This document shows positions 1-13,300 of a DNA stretch of 63,966 nt, in pieces; positions within the stretch are counted from its first letter, which is position 1; every line of letters starts with the position of its first letter. Made by a program: the position numbers and the translations under genes. This DNA comes from Chiloscyllium plagiosum (Eukaryota). A model generated the notes under the pieces. The model made no database searches and was not told the DNA's origin. It worked only from the letters and a program-made list of their open reading frames with translations. The stretch lies in NCBI RefSeq assembly GCF_004010195.1, contig NC_057718.1, positions 54,717,864-54,781,829 of the forward strand, in the 5' to 3' direction.

Positions 1-29
1 TTTAGAAACATGGAAAGTGACTTCATACA

Positions 30-350
30 GTGAATCTCAGAATTCCTACAGTGCAGAAAAAGGCCATTTGGTCCTCCTAAGAGCATCCCACCCATACCCA
101 GCATGCTACCCTATTCCCATAACCTCACATCACCGTGGCTAACCACCTATCCTGCACATCACTGGACACAGATAATTTAGCATGGCCAATCCACCTAAAC
201 TGCATGTTTGGACAGTAGTACGAAACCACAGAACCATTAGAAACCCACACAGATACAGGGAAATTGTGCAAACCCCACACACAGACAGTTGCACACACTG
301 GTCCCTGGCGCTGTGATAAGCAGTGCTATCCAGTGAGCCATCGTGCCACC
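30..350 (-). mobile_element. Older, diverged tRNA-derived SINE (V-SINE/HE1-like)
   Basis: Reverse complement begins gggtggcacgatggctcactggatagcactgct and is colinear with the young copy at 426-733. Confidence 0.8.
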
Positions 351-425
351 CTATTTTGGGAGGCAGTGATTCTCATGCAGAGGGTCACTGAATACTGGAG
401 TATGTTGACTTTAGGGATAAATTGT

Positions 426-733
426 GGGCGGCACGGTGGCACAGTGGTTAGCACTGTTGCCTCGCAGCGCCAGAGACCCGGGTTCAATTCCCGCCTCAGG
501 CGACTGACTGTGTGGAGTTTGCACGTTCTCCCCGTGTCTGCGTGGGTTTCCTCCGGGTGCTCCGGTTTCCTCCCACAGTCACAAAGATGTGCAGGGCCAG
601 CTAAATTGGCCAAACTAAATTGCCCATAGTGTTAGGTAAGGGGTAAATGTAGGGGTATGGGTGGGTTCGCTTCGGCGGGTCGGTGTGGACTTGTTGGGCC
701 GAAGGGCCTGTTTCCACACTGCAATGTAATCTA
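426..733 (+). mobile_element. Young tRNA-derived SINE (V-SINE/HE1-like), full length
   Basis: Pol III A box (tggcacagtgg) and B box (ggttcaattccc), central gtgtggagtttgcac...tcctcccacagtc core, taatcta tail; near-identical copies elsewhere in the window. Confidence 0.9.
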
Positions 734-959
734 AATTCATAAAGGATCACCAAACATGAAATGCTAACTTCTCGTTTCTTGCTTGACAGTTGCTGTCAGA
801 TTTAAAAGTACTATGCTATTTTTATTACATATCCATTGGTCTTTGCTCCAGCTGCTTAAAATATTTGAATAAATCAGGACAAGCCTGATTATCTGGAAAG
901 TCAACATATTCCTATCCAAGAAATTGTTTTGACTTTAAGTGACAACCCACTTGGACTTT

Positions 960-2200
960 GTTTTTATTAATTTGTGAGCCAAGGAATTTCTGGCTAGCCA
1001 GTATTTATTGTCCATCCCTAGTTGCCTTGTGAAGTTGATAGTGAGCTGCCTTGTTGAACCGCTTCAGTCCATGTTTTCTAAGTAGACCCACCATGCCATG
1101 AGAGAGGGAATTCCAGGAGTTTGATCCAACAAGTGAAGACACAGCAATATACTTTCAAATCAGGATGGTGAGTGACTTGGAAGGAACTTGCAGGTGGTGT
1201 TCCCATGTGTGTGCAGCCCATGTCCTTTGAGATGACTGTGGGTTCGGAAATTGTTTTCCAAGGATCTTTGAATTTCTTCTAGACATGCTGCCAATACGGA
1301 GCAAGGGAGTGGATGCTTATGCATGTGTTGCCAATTAAATGACCCGTTTGGCCCTAGATGATGTCAAATTTCTTGAGTGTATTGGCAGCTCCAATCATCC
1401 TGGCAAGAGGGGAGTATTCCATTACATTTCTCACTGATGCCTTAAAGATGGTGGACAAGCTTTGGGAACTCAGGTGGTGAGTTACTCACTACAGTATTCC
1501 TAGCCTCTAACCTGCTTCTGTAGCCATTATGTTTATGTGATGAATCCAGTTGAGTTTCTGAACAATGGTAACCCCCAGGATGTTGAATTCAGTGACGAAT
1601 ACACCATTGAATGTCAAGGAGTGCTAGTTAGATTGTCTCTTATTGGAGATGGTCATTTCCTATCATTTGTGTGGCACAAATGTTACTTGTCATTGGTCAA
1701 CCCAAGTCTGGATATTGTCCAAACCTTGATGCATTTGAACATTGACTGTTTCAATATCTGGGTCATCATGAATGGTGGTGAGCATTGTGTAATTATCGGT
1801 GACTATTTCCACATCTGACCTTATGAAGAAGAAAGGTCGTTGATGAAGCAGCTGAACATGATTGGACCAAGCACACTACTCCTGTAGAGATGTCCTGGAA
1901 CTGAAATGACTGACCTCCAACAACCACCTTCCTAAGTTCTAGGTATGACTCCAACCAGTGGAGAGTTTGCCCCCGATATCCAGTGATTCTAGTTTTGTTA
2001 GGACTCCTTGATGCCACACTCCGTCAAATGCAGCTTTGGTGTCAAAGGCTATCACTCTCAGCTCCCCTCCAGAATTCAGCTCTTCTGTCCATGCTTGAAC
2101 TAAGGCTGTCATGAGGTCAGGAGCCAAGTGGCCCTGCAGGAACCCAAACTTTGGTCACTAAGCACTATCGACATCACCTTCTATCACTTTACTGATGATG
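960..2200 (-). mobile_element. Degenerate CR1/L2-group LINE, 3' portion
   Basis: Minus-strand RT remnants VIAFDTKAAFDGVWHQG and LHWLESYL...VVVGGQ; 3' end motif atttattgtccatcccta shared with copies near 8270, 25560 and 34340. Confidence 0.8.
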
Positions 2201-4259
2201 GCCTACAAACTCAGTGAACATGCTTCCAATAGTACATGAAAAGCTGCTAAATAAGGAAGAAATTAATCAAAAACAATTAGCACACATTAGAAGAATTCAG
2301 TGTTGAGGAAGAACTGAGTGGCATCAGACACCTGCACCACTGCTATTGTTAATTTAAATAAATGACAAATTCATAAACTTTATTGCTCAGCAGTTGCAAA
2401 AAAACAGTGCTAAAAGTCTACAATCTGTGGCAATTAAAACAAATGTCCTCTCATGTGTCACACATTTCTGGCCAGTTTTACATTCTCTGCCATCTGCCTA
2501 GGAAAATCAGTGTTGCGTCCTTAACAACCCAAAGATTTCCATATATTGCTGAGTTTGCACATTCAGAACTGATTCGAAGAAAATTACATCGAGCAACCAG
2601 TAGAGAATTCAACACTTAATGAATATCAGTTGCATAAACTAATATTTATTTGAGTTAAAAGGTATGGAGTTTCCCAAATCAAGCAGGTTTAGAATGACAA
2701 TAACTACTTAGGGTACAATCATAATATTTCCTGTGGGAAGGTAATGCGGAACAAGGAGACAGTACCTTAAAATTAGGACTTGGCCATTTGGCACAGAAAA
2801 TGCATCCTTCTGAATATGCAGGACAGCAAAAATCTGAAATACTCTTCATCCAAAAGGTTATGGAGTATCTAAGTGACTAAACATCAAAGCTAAAATCAAT
2901 AGTATTTTTGTGAAATATGGTATCAAGCGATATACGGTAAGTCACTGAGATGTACATTTGATCATGATAAAATGGAATAGACTTGAGGGGCTACATGGTC
3001 TATTCCTGAGTTTCTTGTTTATTTTATTAGTCTACTAACAGTTACTTACACAGTTCATTCTGAAATCATGAACTTAACATCAATTTCCTTATCATTCAGT
3101 ATTACACATACAGCTACATTTAACATGATTATGTTTGTGTTCGTGTTTATTTCAGAGGACACTTCAGAAGATATTTGTTTTCATTGCCACAGATTGTAGG
3201 CTTTTTGCAACTGCTGGACCACTGTGTTTATTTGTTTGTAATTATAATTGAGATAGCAGACGGATCACTCATTATCCAACCTACCCAATTGCCCAAGACT
3301 TTAATAGAAGTCTATCAATTCATTAAAATGATTTCAACTCTGATTTCACTTATACAAACATTAAAAACAGCAATGGCTTAAGATGGCAATTCACCACCAC
3401 CTCCTCAAGGCCAATAAAGGACAATAAATGCTGAACTTGGCAAAGATACTAAAGTTAAAAAAAAGCACTGTGCAGCTTAGATTTGTTCAGAAAATGGATA
3501 AAATAGTCAGCAAGAATGGTCATTTGACTTTACACAATATCTGAAACATTAATGCATAACGTTGAAAATGCTATCATCTAATCTAATTGGCAATTGATTC
3601 ACATTTGAAAAGTTCATTTTTGTGAATATGCAAATTAAGACACCCGCTTCCTGTTTCAATTGCTGTGACTAATTATGTGTGCATCTGAGTTGATAACATC
3701 TCCTTAAGGGGAGGGACCACTTTGATAAAAAAAAACCACCAATTGGCACATCAATGCAACCTGTTTATTCCAAAGGAATATAAAAAATAATTTAGACACT
3801 GTATGCTTTGTTCACCTCCCCAAGATCTGCATAATTCAATATACCTCCATTTAAGCTTAATTTCCATGTTATGATAAACTGGAACTGCGTACATTGTGGT
3901 CCATGGCTAAAGGAGGGCTCTAATTCTTTATTTTTTTCCCACTTTATACTGAAAACAACTGTAACGTTTGACTTGTAACTTATTCATTTTTCTACATTGT
4001 ACCTTAGATGGCACCAGAAATGGTGACTGTACATTTTTCACTGTACTCCTGCATCCCTGTTCTTGAGTAAACATGACAGTAAACTTAATTTTAATTCTAT
4101 TTGCTTGCATATGTTGACATTTACAGTTGTTAATCTGAAACAGATATTTGTCAGACTTTTAGGAAGGAGTTTATAAATTTGCTACCAATCTAATTTAGAA
4201 TTTATTTAACAAACAATTTGTGAAGTGTTACTCTAATGATTCATAAATCTTAGATGTAC

Positions 4260-4324
4260 CTGTCCATAAACTGAAGAACAAAATCTTCAAATTCAGCTGT
4301 GGCTGAGCAAAGCTCCCTCTCTAC
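4260..4324 (-). CDS. PSME4: PSME4 exon 13 equivalent (65 nt)
   Basis: ttttag|GTA GAG AGG...GAC AG|gtacat; [21 protein letters not shown]. Confidence 0.95.
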
Positions 4325-7300
4325 CTAAAATAGAAGAAAAAGTATGCCATTTCAGGTAAAGACATAAATTAAAAAGATTTTATAAACACAGTTCAAGCAG
4401 AATCACAACAGAACAAAGTAGCCCACTTGAGTGGCACCCCGCCAAACACTTTCAACATTTGCACTCTGCACCGCTGTTGTATGTTGGCAGCAATGTACAT
4501 CACTGGCTGTTCCACTCACTCCTGCTCCTTCCAAGCCTGTGACTTCTGCTTGGAAGGACAAGGTCAGATGGATGAGAACAACGCAACCTGTATGTTCTAC
4601 TCCAAGCCATATTCTATCCAGAGTTGAAAGTATACTGGTGGTTCTTCACTGTCACTGTCAAAATCTTGGAACTCCCTCCTAACAACATTGTGGCTTTGAT
4701 CAACCCCCAAGGACAATGGCTGATCAAGAAGGTAGATCAACTACATTCAAGGTCAGTTAGGGATGGGCAATAGTGCTGGTGTAGTTAGTGAAACCCACAT
4801 CCCATGAATGAACTAAAATTTTTTTTCATATTAAGATTTTTGTGTCCCCTCACTCTCACTTTATACCCATTTTCCTTCTTGAAAGGGTTGATTTTTTTGC
4901 TAGGGGACAGTTTTATTGGGTCAGGGAAAACAGTTGTCCCAGTTAAAATGTAATTCTTTGGCAGGGAATTTTACACTGCATTGACATCCCATACTTCTAC
5001 TCAAGCCCACAACTAATGAGGAGAACCACACCTTGCTTCAACTTAATCAGTGGTCAGTTAAAATGACTTATACAGGGCCTACCATTCCCAGTCATATGGT
5101 CAGCTGCTCACTGCTCCCAGCAATACTGTTGTGACTGTATTCAGTCCCCAGTGGAGATGAGTGCAGAAGCCAAACACCAAGGCAAGTTGGAGGTGTGTCA
5201 GAGAATTTTCAGGTCCAGGCTAGACAAATGGAAACAAGTGGCCCATGCAAAGCTGGCTACCCAAAACCATTCACATGCAAAAATGGAACAGGGGCTGAGG
5301 GTATTTGCATTGTGCCCAATTTTACACCATCAACCAACTGAAACTCAGACCCAGGGAAATGCAAAATTCAGCCCTTGCGCAAAAGATAGAAAAGTGCTTG
5401 TCTGTAAGAGGTATCACACCTAAACTACTGTCAGACAAACGAACAAAATGACCTGCCAAGCAGAGGTGGCTTTGTGATTAGTGCCTCAATGTTGAGAATA
5501 TTGACTTGGTACAAGGTGCTGCTTTTGACCTCCTTTCTTGACATGAGATTTGGAAAATTGTGTGAAGTAACTTAAATAAAAAAAACTTTGATGTATCTGC
5601 TCTAAATTGTCTAAGTCCCCAGAAGTGTTGGATTAATTGTTGCCTTGTAAGTCATAACTTCAGTTCCAAGTTTGACAACCTAAAAACAAGATAGCCACCT
5701 GGTGAAGCAATAGCAAGGAAAATGGTCCCACAATCAGTTCTGCTGTATCCAGTTATGAACTGCAGTGATCTATTAGTAACTGAATGAGGGGGTTCCACAA
5801 ACATCCCCATCCTTTAGGATGGGAAAGCCCCATGTTAGCCCAAAAGACACGGTTAAATGGTGCATTTGCAAACAAGTCAGTAGTGCTTAGCAAATGATCC
5901 ATCTCGGCATCCTCATGAAATCCCCAAGACAACTGATGCCAATCTCCAGACCCTTCATTCACTCCACATGAAAACGAGAAATACCATTTACAGAACAACC
6001 TCAATTAGCCAAACGAGACGGACGGGGAGTATTTTGTTCGGATAACAGTTTGGATAATGGGTAGAGTTTTTACTGGACCTTGAGATCTTGTTCAGATAAT
6101 CTGAAATTCAGACAAGTGATGTTCGGATAATTAAGATTGTTCTGTATATTTTAGTAATAGTCGACCCCTATGTTTGGTCAAATAAGTGCTCCGGTTTCCT
6201 CCCACAGTCCAAAAGATGTGCAGGGTCAGGTGAATTGGCCATGCTAAATTGCCCGTAGTGTTAGGTAAGGGGTAAATGTAGGGGTATGGGTGGGTTTCGC
6301 TTCGGCGGGTCGGTGTGGACTTGTTGGGCCGAAGGGCCTGTTTCCACACTGTAATGTAATCTAATCTAATCTAATCTAAAAAAAAAACCTAGAATTTTCC
6401 ATATGTCCCATGTAAAAGTTGACCCTAGTTCTTCACAGAAAACAGATCAACGTTTATGAGTCAGTGTGCTGGCCGTCACATCCCACTCCAGCTTTCCAGT
6501 CTGCAAGATGTTCCGCTCCACTCCTGATTTTCCAGTCCACTGGCTGCTGTGTTCCACTCCCGGTTTTCCGAATTACCATAATTCAATTTTTGCTTTATTT
6601 GTTTAGAGATCAATTGAGCTTCTGCTAACAATACAGTATGAATTTTGACAGGCATGATTTTCAGCCTTTCAAAAGTAATAATAGTCAACCCCATAGATTT
6701 AACCAAAAGGTAGTCAAGAAAATTTGACTATTACTCAAGTACATATGGTAGCCAAAAGCATTTGGAAACAACAAGGGCTGTGGTCTTTGGTGACAATACT
6801 GAAGCTGTAGAACAGAACATATGCTCCAGAGCAATTTACGTCCTTAGCGAAATTGATTCAATACATCTGCAAGACAAGCATCTATCTGGAATACTATTTC
6901 TAGATGCATGACCCAACAAGTTTGAGAGATGGGAGGGGGGTGGTGGTAACAGACTTCCAGCATCATAGCAGCAGGCCAAATGCCACTTACAATGAGTTTC
7001 AGTCACTTTTTCTCCACAATCCGTGGTTTTCAAGTGTATCTGATCTCAGTCCACAAGCAATTTAAAAAAAACTTTACCCAAAAAAACCACCAAAGGACAG
7101 GTTGTCCCACTGATTTCCAATTTGCTTGATGCCACAATTCTTGAATTACTCAAGCCGTGGGAAGGCTATTTCAGACATGCCGTCATCACAGGATGTGTTC
7201 AAAGAAATATTTGTTGGGCAATGTCTTGCAGACCAGTTGTAGATGACAAAGGCCATCAGCCTCACAACAACTATCTGACTGATTCCTGGGTTGGTCAACA

Positions 7301-10300
7301 ACTTGTGAGTATGCAAGATACTAGCAGCCTTCAGAAAGCTGCAAAGGCAGATAGTGCATCTTTTTCTCCAATAAAATATTCAAAGCTTGAAGCATGCCAG
7401 TTTAATTTCCCCCACCAGTCGATGTAATCTGTGTCCTTTAACCATTAACTAACAGACTTCGCAGTTAAAGTAGCAATCACTTGTGCCTCCTGCAAAGAGA
7501 TGAAAAGAATCTAGTGATGTGAGATTGAAGAACATCAAGTCCTGGCAACAAAAGGATTCTCACCAACCCTGCAGACGGAGTCATTTAATTGCTTTCCCAC
7601 TTTTATTTTACCCCTTCCACCCATAACACCTATGCAATAATAATCTGACATAAAAGCAGTTGGATAACCATCAACGTGGTGAAAGACCACTTTTCATCAG
7701 TTCAAAACTGGTTGGTCTGCTAGAGTTCTCCTTGACTATGCATTTTAGACTGCAATGCCGCAAGTATTGGGAATACAAATTTAACTGGTACTCTGAGTCA
7801 CCTGCCATTTAGAAAATTTTAAGTGATTTTGGAGAAAAGGCAAGCAAAGTTCTGAAGGCAATGGTAGACTGCATTAATGGCCCTTAGGTATCATGTTGCA
7901 GAAACAGTTGCCTTGTGATACTGGAGTTTGTCTTCGCTTGGGATTGAAAGGATGTAGTTTTAAAATTGAATAATTGATTAGGTGTTAATGAGTGCCACTT
8001 GTTTGAAGAGCAAGTTTTTTTTATAATAAATGGATCATTTTTAGTTAATTAAGGAAGCCTGGTGACAGTCTCTCTTATTCTGGGTAGAAGAACAAAAATG
8101 AAACAATTAGGCATTTGAGTGACTGAATCAGTACATTAATACAAATGGTGTAACCAGTATGGTTGTGGGGCTTGATCATCAGTGCATTCCACTCATCACT
8201 GTCACTACACAAGGTCCAAGACTACATACTGAGGAATGCAATAAAGCTTTTTAAAAAGTCTTATCACATGCTGTGGGTATCAATGGCTAGGCCAGTGTTT
8301 ATTATCTTTCCCTAAATGTCCTTCACAAAGTTGTGATGTGACCTATATTTTATTCATTCAGGTTGTGTGGGCTTCACTGGCTAGACCAGCATTTATTACT
8401 CATCTCTAATTGCCTTTCAGAAGGTGCAGATGAGTTTCACTTCATGTGGTGTAGGTACACTCTCAATGCTACTATTTCCAAGATTTTGACCCAGCATAGA
8501 ACAAATGCCAGAGAAGCGGAATGAGTATGGTCACAGTTGAAAGCTTTCTGTCATAGCACACCAAAAGGCTGAAAACTGTAAAGCCCCTCAAGGCTGCATG
8601 TCCAACAAGAAATATGATCAACAGTATTGAAACTTTATTAAAGTGCCTTAGTGATATATGTTGAAAGAAGTTTATTTCTGCTGCACTGTCATTTACAATT
8701 GGAAATGTTTTGCCTCAGGTTGGCATGGAATGTATACTGTAAATATTAGTTATTACAATCTATGACCTCAAACACTTTTTGTACTGCTGCGGAGTGTTCA
8801 AGGTCTGTGCAAAACAGCAACTTTTAAAAACTGAGTCAACGGGTCCAGATAACATACATTTTTGGGAAAAGCACAATACAACGCACAAGTCAGAAGTAGT
8901 ATGGAATACTTTCTCCTTTCCTGTATGAATGGAGTTCCAACAATACATGATTCAACACAATTCATATCAAGATAATTTGCTTCTGAAGGGTAGCTAGACC
9001 CAAACACAGACTCTGCTTTTTGTTTTCAGTGCAATTTGCTTGATCAGCAATCCGAAGAACACTTTAAACATTCGTTCTTTCCACCATTGGTGGCAGCAGG
9101 ATGCATCATAGACAAGATGCAGTACAGCAACTTGCCTAGCCCCCTTTCAGTCCCAAATACCTAGAAGGAAAAGGGGGCAGTTGGATGGTAAGAGACAAAG
9201 TACACATGAATATGTATTGGTAGCTATTTCTTCTGAAAACCAGTGCAAATGTGAGTCATATCCTGTGCTATAAAATTATAAAGCTTAAGTGTTATGTTTT
9301 CAATCATTTCTTCACCCTTCCTTAAATTAACTTATTTTTAAAGGAAATAAACACTTTTGATGACTTTTAAATGAAATTACCTCTGAAAGATCATTTCTCT
9401 CTTGCAAAACTGATGAACAGTCCACCAAAGGCACAAGAGTAGAAAATGTAGCTATAAACTGGAATGTGATCTACATGGAAGTAAGAACAAATTTTTTAAA
9501 ATGCACAATTTTACAAAACTTAACTTAAACCAGAACTATATCTTTATCAATATGTTTGTATCACATTATTTTTCAAGAAACACAAATAAAACATCAAGAT
9601 ATTTCCAATGTCCACAATCAGCAGTCCCGAGGCTTTTTGGGGTATTATTTTCTATCAATTTAGAAAACATTGTTGGACAAATATAATAACCACCAGTATC
9701 TATAAATAACAAATAATGAACTTCCTCACCTATTCTGGGACATGTGCCTCCATACTATTACTTGACTTCTGGATTAGAGTTTTTCAAACTCAAACACAGT
9801 TTACGGCTTAGTTTTATCAATTTCTTAACAACTTATATTTATACAGTACACTGATCATAATAAAACATCAAGGATTTTCACAAAGGCATTAAAAAAAATG
9901 TGACATCAAATCACATATGAAATCACATATGATGACACTAGGACAGATGCCCAAAGCCTACTCAAAAAAGGCAAATTTTGCAGATTGCCTTAAAGGTAAG
10001 GTGGTTTCAACAGCTGAAGGTGTCAAGCAAAAGTCAAAACATTAAATCAGGAATTCTTCTCAGACCAGAATTAGAGCAGCAGTCATATTGGGAATTGTAG
10101 AGCTGGAGGAGATAACAGAGATAAAGAAGGGACAGGCTATGGAAGGATTTGAAAACAAGGATAAGAATTTTAAAATATGGGCATTATTTATCTGGGAGCC
10201 GATGTATGTCCGCAAGAACAGGTGTGATGGATGAATGATATATGGCGAGACAAAAAAAAATTGAGAATGTTTGACTCAATTCCATAAATGTATAGTCACA

Positions 10301-13300
10301 CATGTAAGAATATGTTTATATACCATGCACTTGCTGAAATCATTTGGGTCCACTCCAGGTAGGGCTCTCATTAATAGAGGTAGCATGTGTGTTGGGCCTT
10401 CAGGGAACCATTTTCCTCCAGAAACCAGACTGCGAGCAACTCCTATTACACAGCTTAGGGTCGCTGTGAGTTGGTGAGGTTCTGTTAAAGTTTGCATTGC
10501 AGGATATGTTCTAAGATTAAATTCAAAACACAGAAGTTACATTTAAAAGATTGCTCTCAAAAATAATGTACAACTATGATAATATAAAAACAAATAAATT
10601 TATCTATCATAAAAATAAATTGAATTATCACAATTTGTATTTATTGTCTCCATTTTCATTCATCTTTGGGAGTCACCCATTTTCTAGTAGTAAATGTTAT
10701 TGTGTAAACGCAGTGTTAAAAGCGTCAGTCTTGTTTTAGATATTTTCGTTGTAAAGAGTCATTTCTATAACAAAGGATCTCACGCCTTGTACAACACTGC
10801 CAAATAAAATACAATCCCTCCTAATTTGAAGATAATCTTTTTCCTTGTGTCACATTGGACACCGTCCCACTGCTTTGGAATGCACCCCATGACCCAAATG
10901 ACAAAACAAGGCCTGACACAAACGGCGAAGCACAAGAGAGGAATAAATATAATAGTTATCACTGTGACAAAGTACTTTGAAAAATACTAGGGAAGCTAAT
11001 GGGGCTGAAGACCAATAAGTCTCCTGGACCTAACGGGATACATTCTAGGATATTAAAAGTACTCACTACAAAGATAGAAGCAGCACTGGAAGTAATCTTC
11101 CAAGAATCCTTAGATTCTGGAAAAGTCCCACAAGATTGTTAGTCATTTATTCAAAAGGGGCAGGAGACAAAAAGCAAGTGACTATAGGTCAATTAGCTGA
11201 ACATCTGTTATTGGGAAAATGATAGAGTCAGTTAGAAAGGACATAATAGCAGATATTGTAGAAATATTAGGTATGATCAAGCAAAGTTGGCATGGACTCA
11301 AAGAGGAAACCACGTCTGACAAATTTATTGGAATTCTTTGAGGCGGTAACAAGCAGGATAGGTAAAGGGGAAGTTGTGGCTACAATATATTTTGGTTTTC
11401 AGAATGTGTTTGATATGTAATAAGGTAAGAGCCCAAGGTGTGGAAGTAGTATATTAGCATAGATGGACAACTATCAAACTAACTAGGGCAGCACAGAGGT
11501 TCAGTGGTTAGCACTGCTGCCTCACAGCACTAGGGACCTGGTTTCGATTCCAGCCTTGGGCAACTATCTGTGTTTGCACATTCTCCCCATATCTGCTTGG
11601 GTTTCCTCCAGGTGCTCCAGCTTTCTCCCACAATCCAAAGACGTGCAGGTTAGGTGAACTGGCCATGGTAAAATTGTCCGTAATGTTCAGGGATGTGTAG
11701 GTTAGGTGCATTAGTTAGGGGTAAATGTAGAACAGGAGGGGAATGGGTCTGTGCAGTTTACTCTTCGGAGGGTCAATGTGGACTTGTAGGGCCGAATGGC
11801 CTGTTTCCACATGGTGGTGAGTCTATGATTAACGATTCTCATCAAAGATAAAAGGTAGAATAAGGAGCTGCATTTCAGGATGGCGACCTGTAATTAGTGC
11901 AATCCCTCAGGGATCAGTCCTGGAGCCACAATTATTTACAATATATATTAGTAACTTAAATGACTAAAGTGAATATATGATCAAGTTTTCAGATGGGACA
12001 AAAATAGGTGGGAAGGTAAATGATGAAGATGACAATCTGCAGTGGAATCAAGATCAGCATTTAACGATTTTTTTGACTTTCTACTTAATAGGTTAAGCGA
12101 GTAGACAACTTGGCAGATGGAATAGAATACGAGAAAATGTGAGATTATGCAGATTAGCAGGAAGAGAAGTTGAATATTATTTAAATGGAGAAAGACTACA
12201 GAAAGCAACAGCATAGAGGGATTTGGGAGTCCTCATACATGAATTATAAAAACTAGCATCGACATTCAGCTGGTAACATGGACGAAAATGGAAATGTTGG
12301 CCTTTGTTTCCAAGAAAATGAAGTCTTAAAATAAGGAAGTCTTCTTAATACTAAACAAGGCATGAGTCAAACCACAGCTGTAATACTGTGAACAGTTTTG
12401 GTTCCTTTATGTAAGGAAAGGCATTGGCGTTGGAGGCTGTGTAGCAAAGGGTCACAACGCTGATCCCAGAGAATGAAGAGCTTGAGGAGATGTAATATAG
12501 TAGCGTTTGTGAACAAACATGTTTCCTGACTATGGCTAAAAATAATTGCACATAGTAATACAATTACAGCAGGCTAGGGTGCGAATGAACATTTATGATA
12601 TGCTATTAAATGCAAGATGTCACAGACCACGAAGATTGGGAAAGCCAACCCACCTGAAAAGGTTTCTGAGAATGTCATGAACCAGTCAATGTCATTTCCT
12701 GTCTAATTAAGCTCCAACACCCACTTTTCTAAAAACTCCAGATGGGCCCTGAAAATTTCACCCACATACCTCCTCTAAAATTGTATCCTTCAGTTTTTGG
12801 TGTTTTTATTACTTTCTTCTGACCAAAATGAATCACTTCACATTTCTTGACATTAAATTTCATCTGCCACTGGTTCCCCCTGCCCATCAACCCATCCCAC
12901 CAAGTTGTCATTTTTTAAGTCTACACTACACTAATATATATTCGTCTGTGGTTCACATTACTTCCAAGTTTGACCATGAGAACCTTTTTCCACATATGGA
13001 GTCAGCTACTACGAGGGGGCATAGCTTTAAATTAAGGGGTGGTAGGTATAGCACAGATGTTAGGGGTAGATTCTTTACTCAGCGAGTCGTGAGTTCATGG
13101 AATGCCCTGCCAGTAGCAGTGGTGGACTCTCCCTATTTATGGGCATTTAAACGGGCATTGGATAGGCATATGGAGGATAGTGGGCTAGTGTAGGTTAGGT
13201 GGGCTTGGATTGGCGCAACATCGAGGGCCAAAGGGCCTGTACTGCGCTGTATTTTCCTATGTTCTATGTTCTAATACTGCAAATTTTGAAATTGTGTCCT

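Noticed and set aside
426..500. tRNA-like sequence with A and B boxes
   Set aside because: It is the tRNA-derived head of a SINE and continues directly into the SINE core and tail.
264..629. 121-aa ORF and similar ORFs at 326..613, 6131..6349, 20008..20298 and 60697..60891
   Set aside because: They lie within SINE copies; the recurring peptides reflect the repeat, not genes.
1..4259. Search for the next PSME4 exon (CFGLIESSTLEQTREE-like)
   Set aside because: No matching minus-strand sequence found; it must lie beyond the window start.
4960..5375. Possible old non-autonomous DNA element with ggaattttac...gcaaaattcagccc ends
   Set aside because: Inverted ends are too short and degraded to support a call without a consensus.
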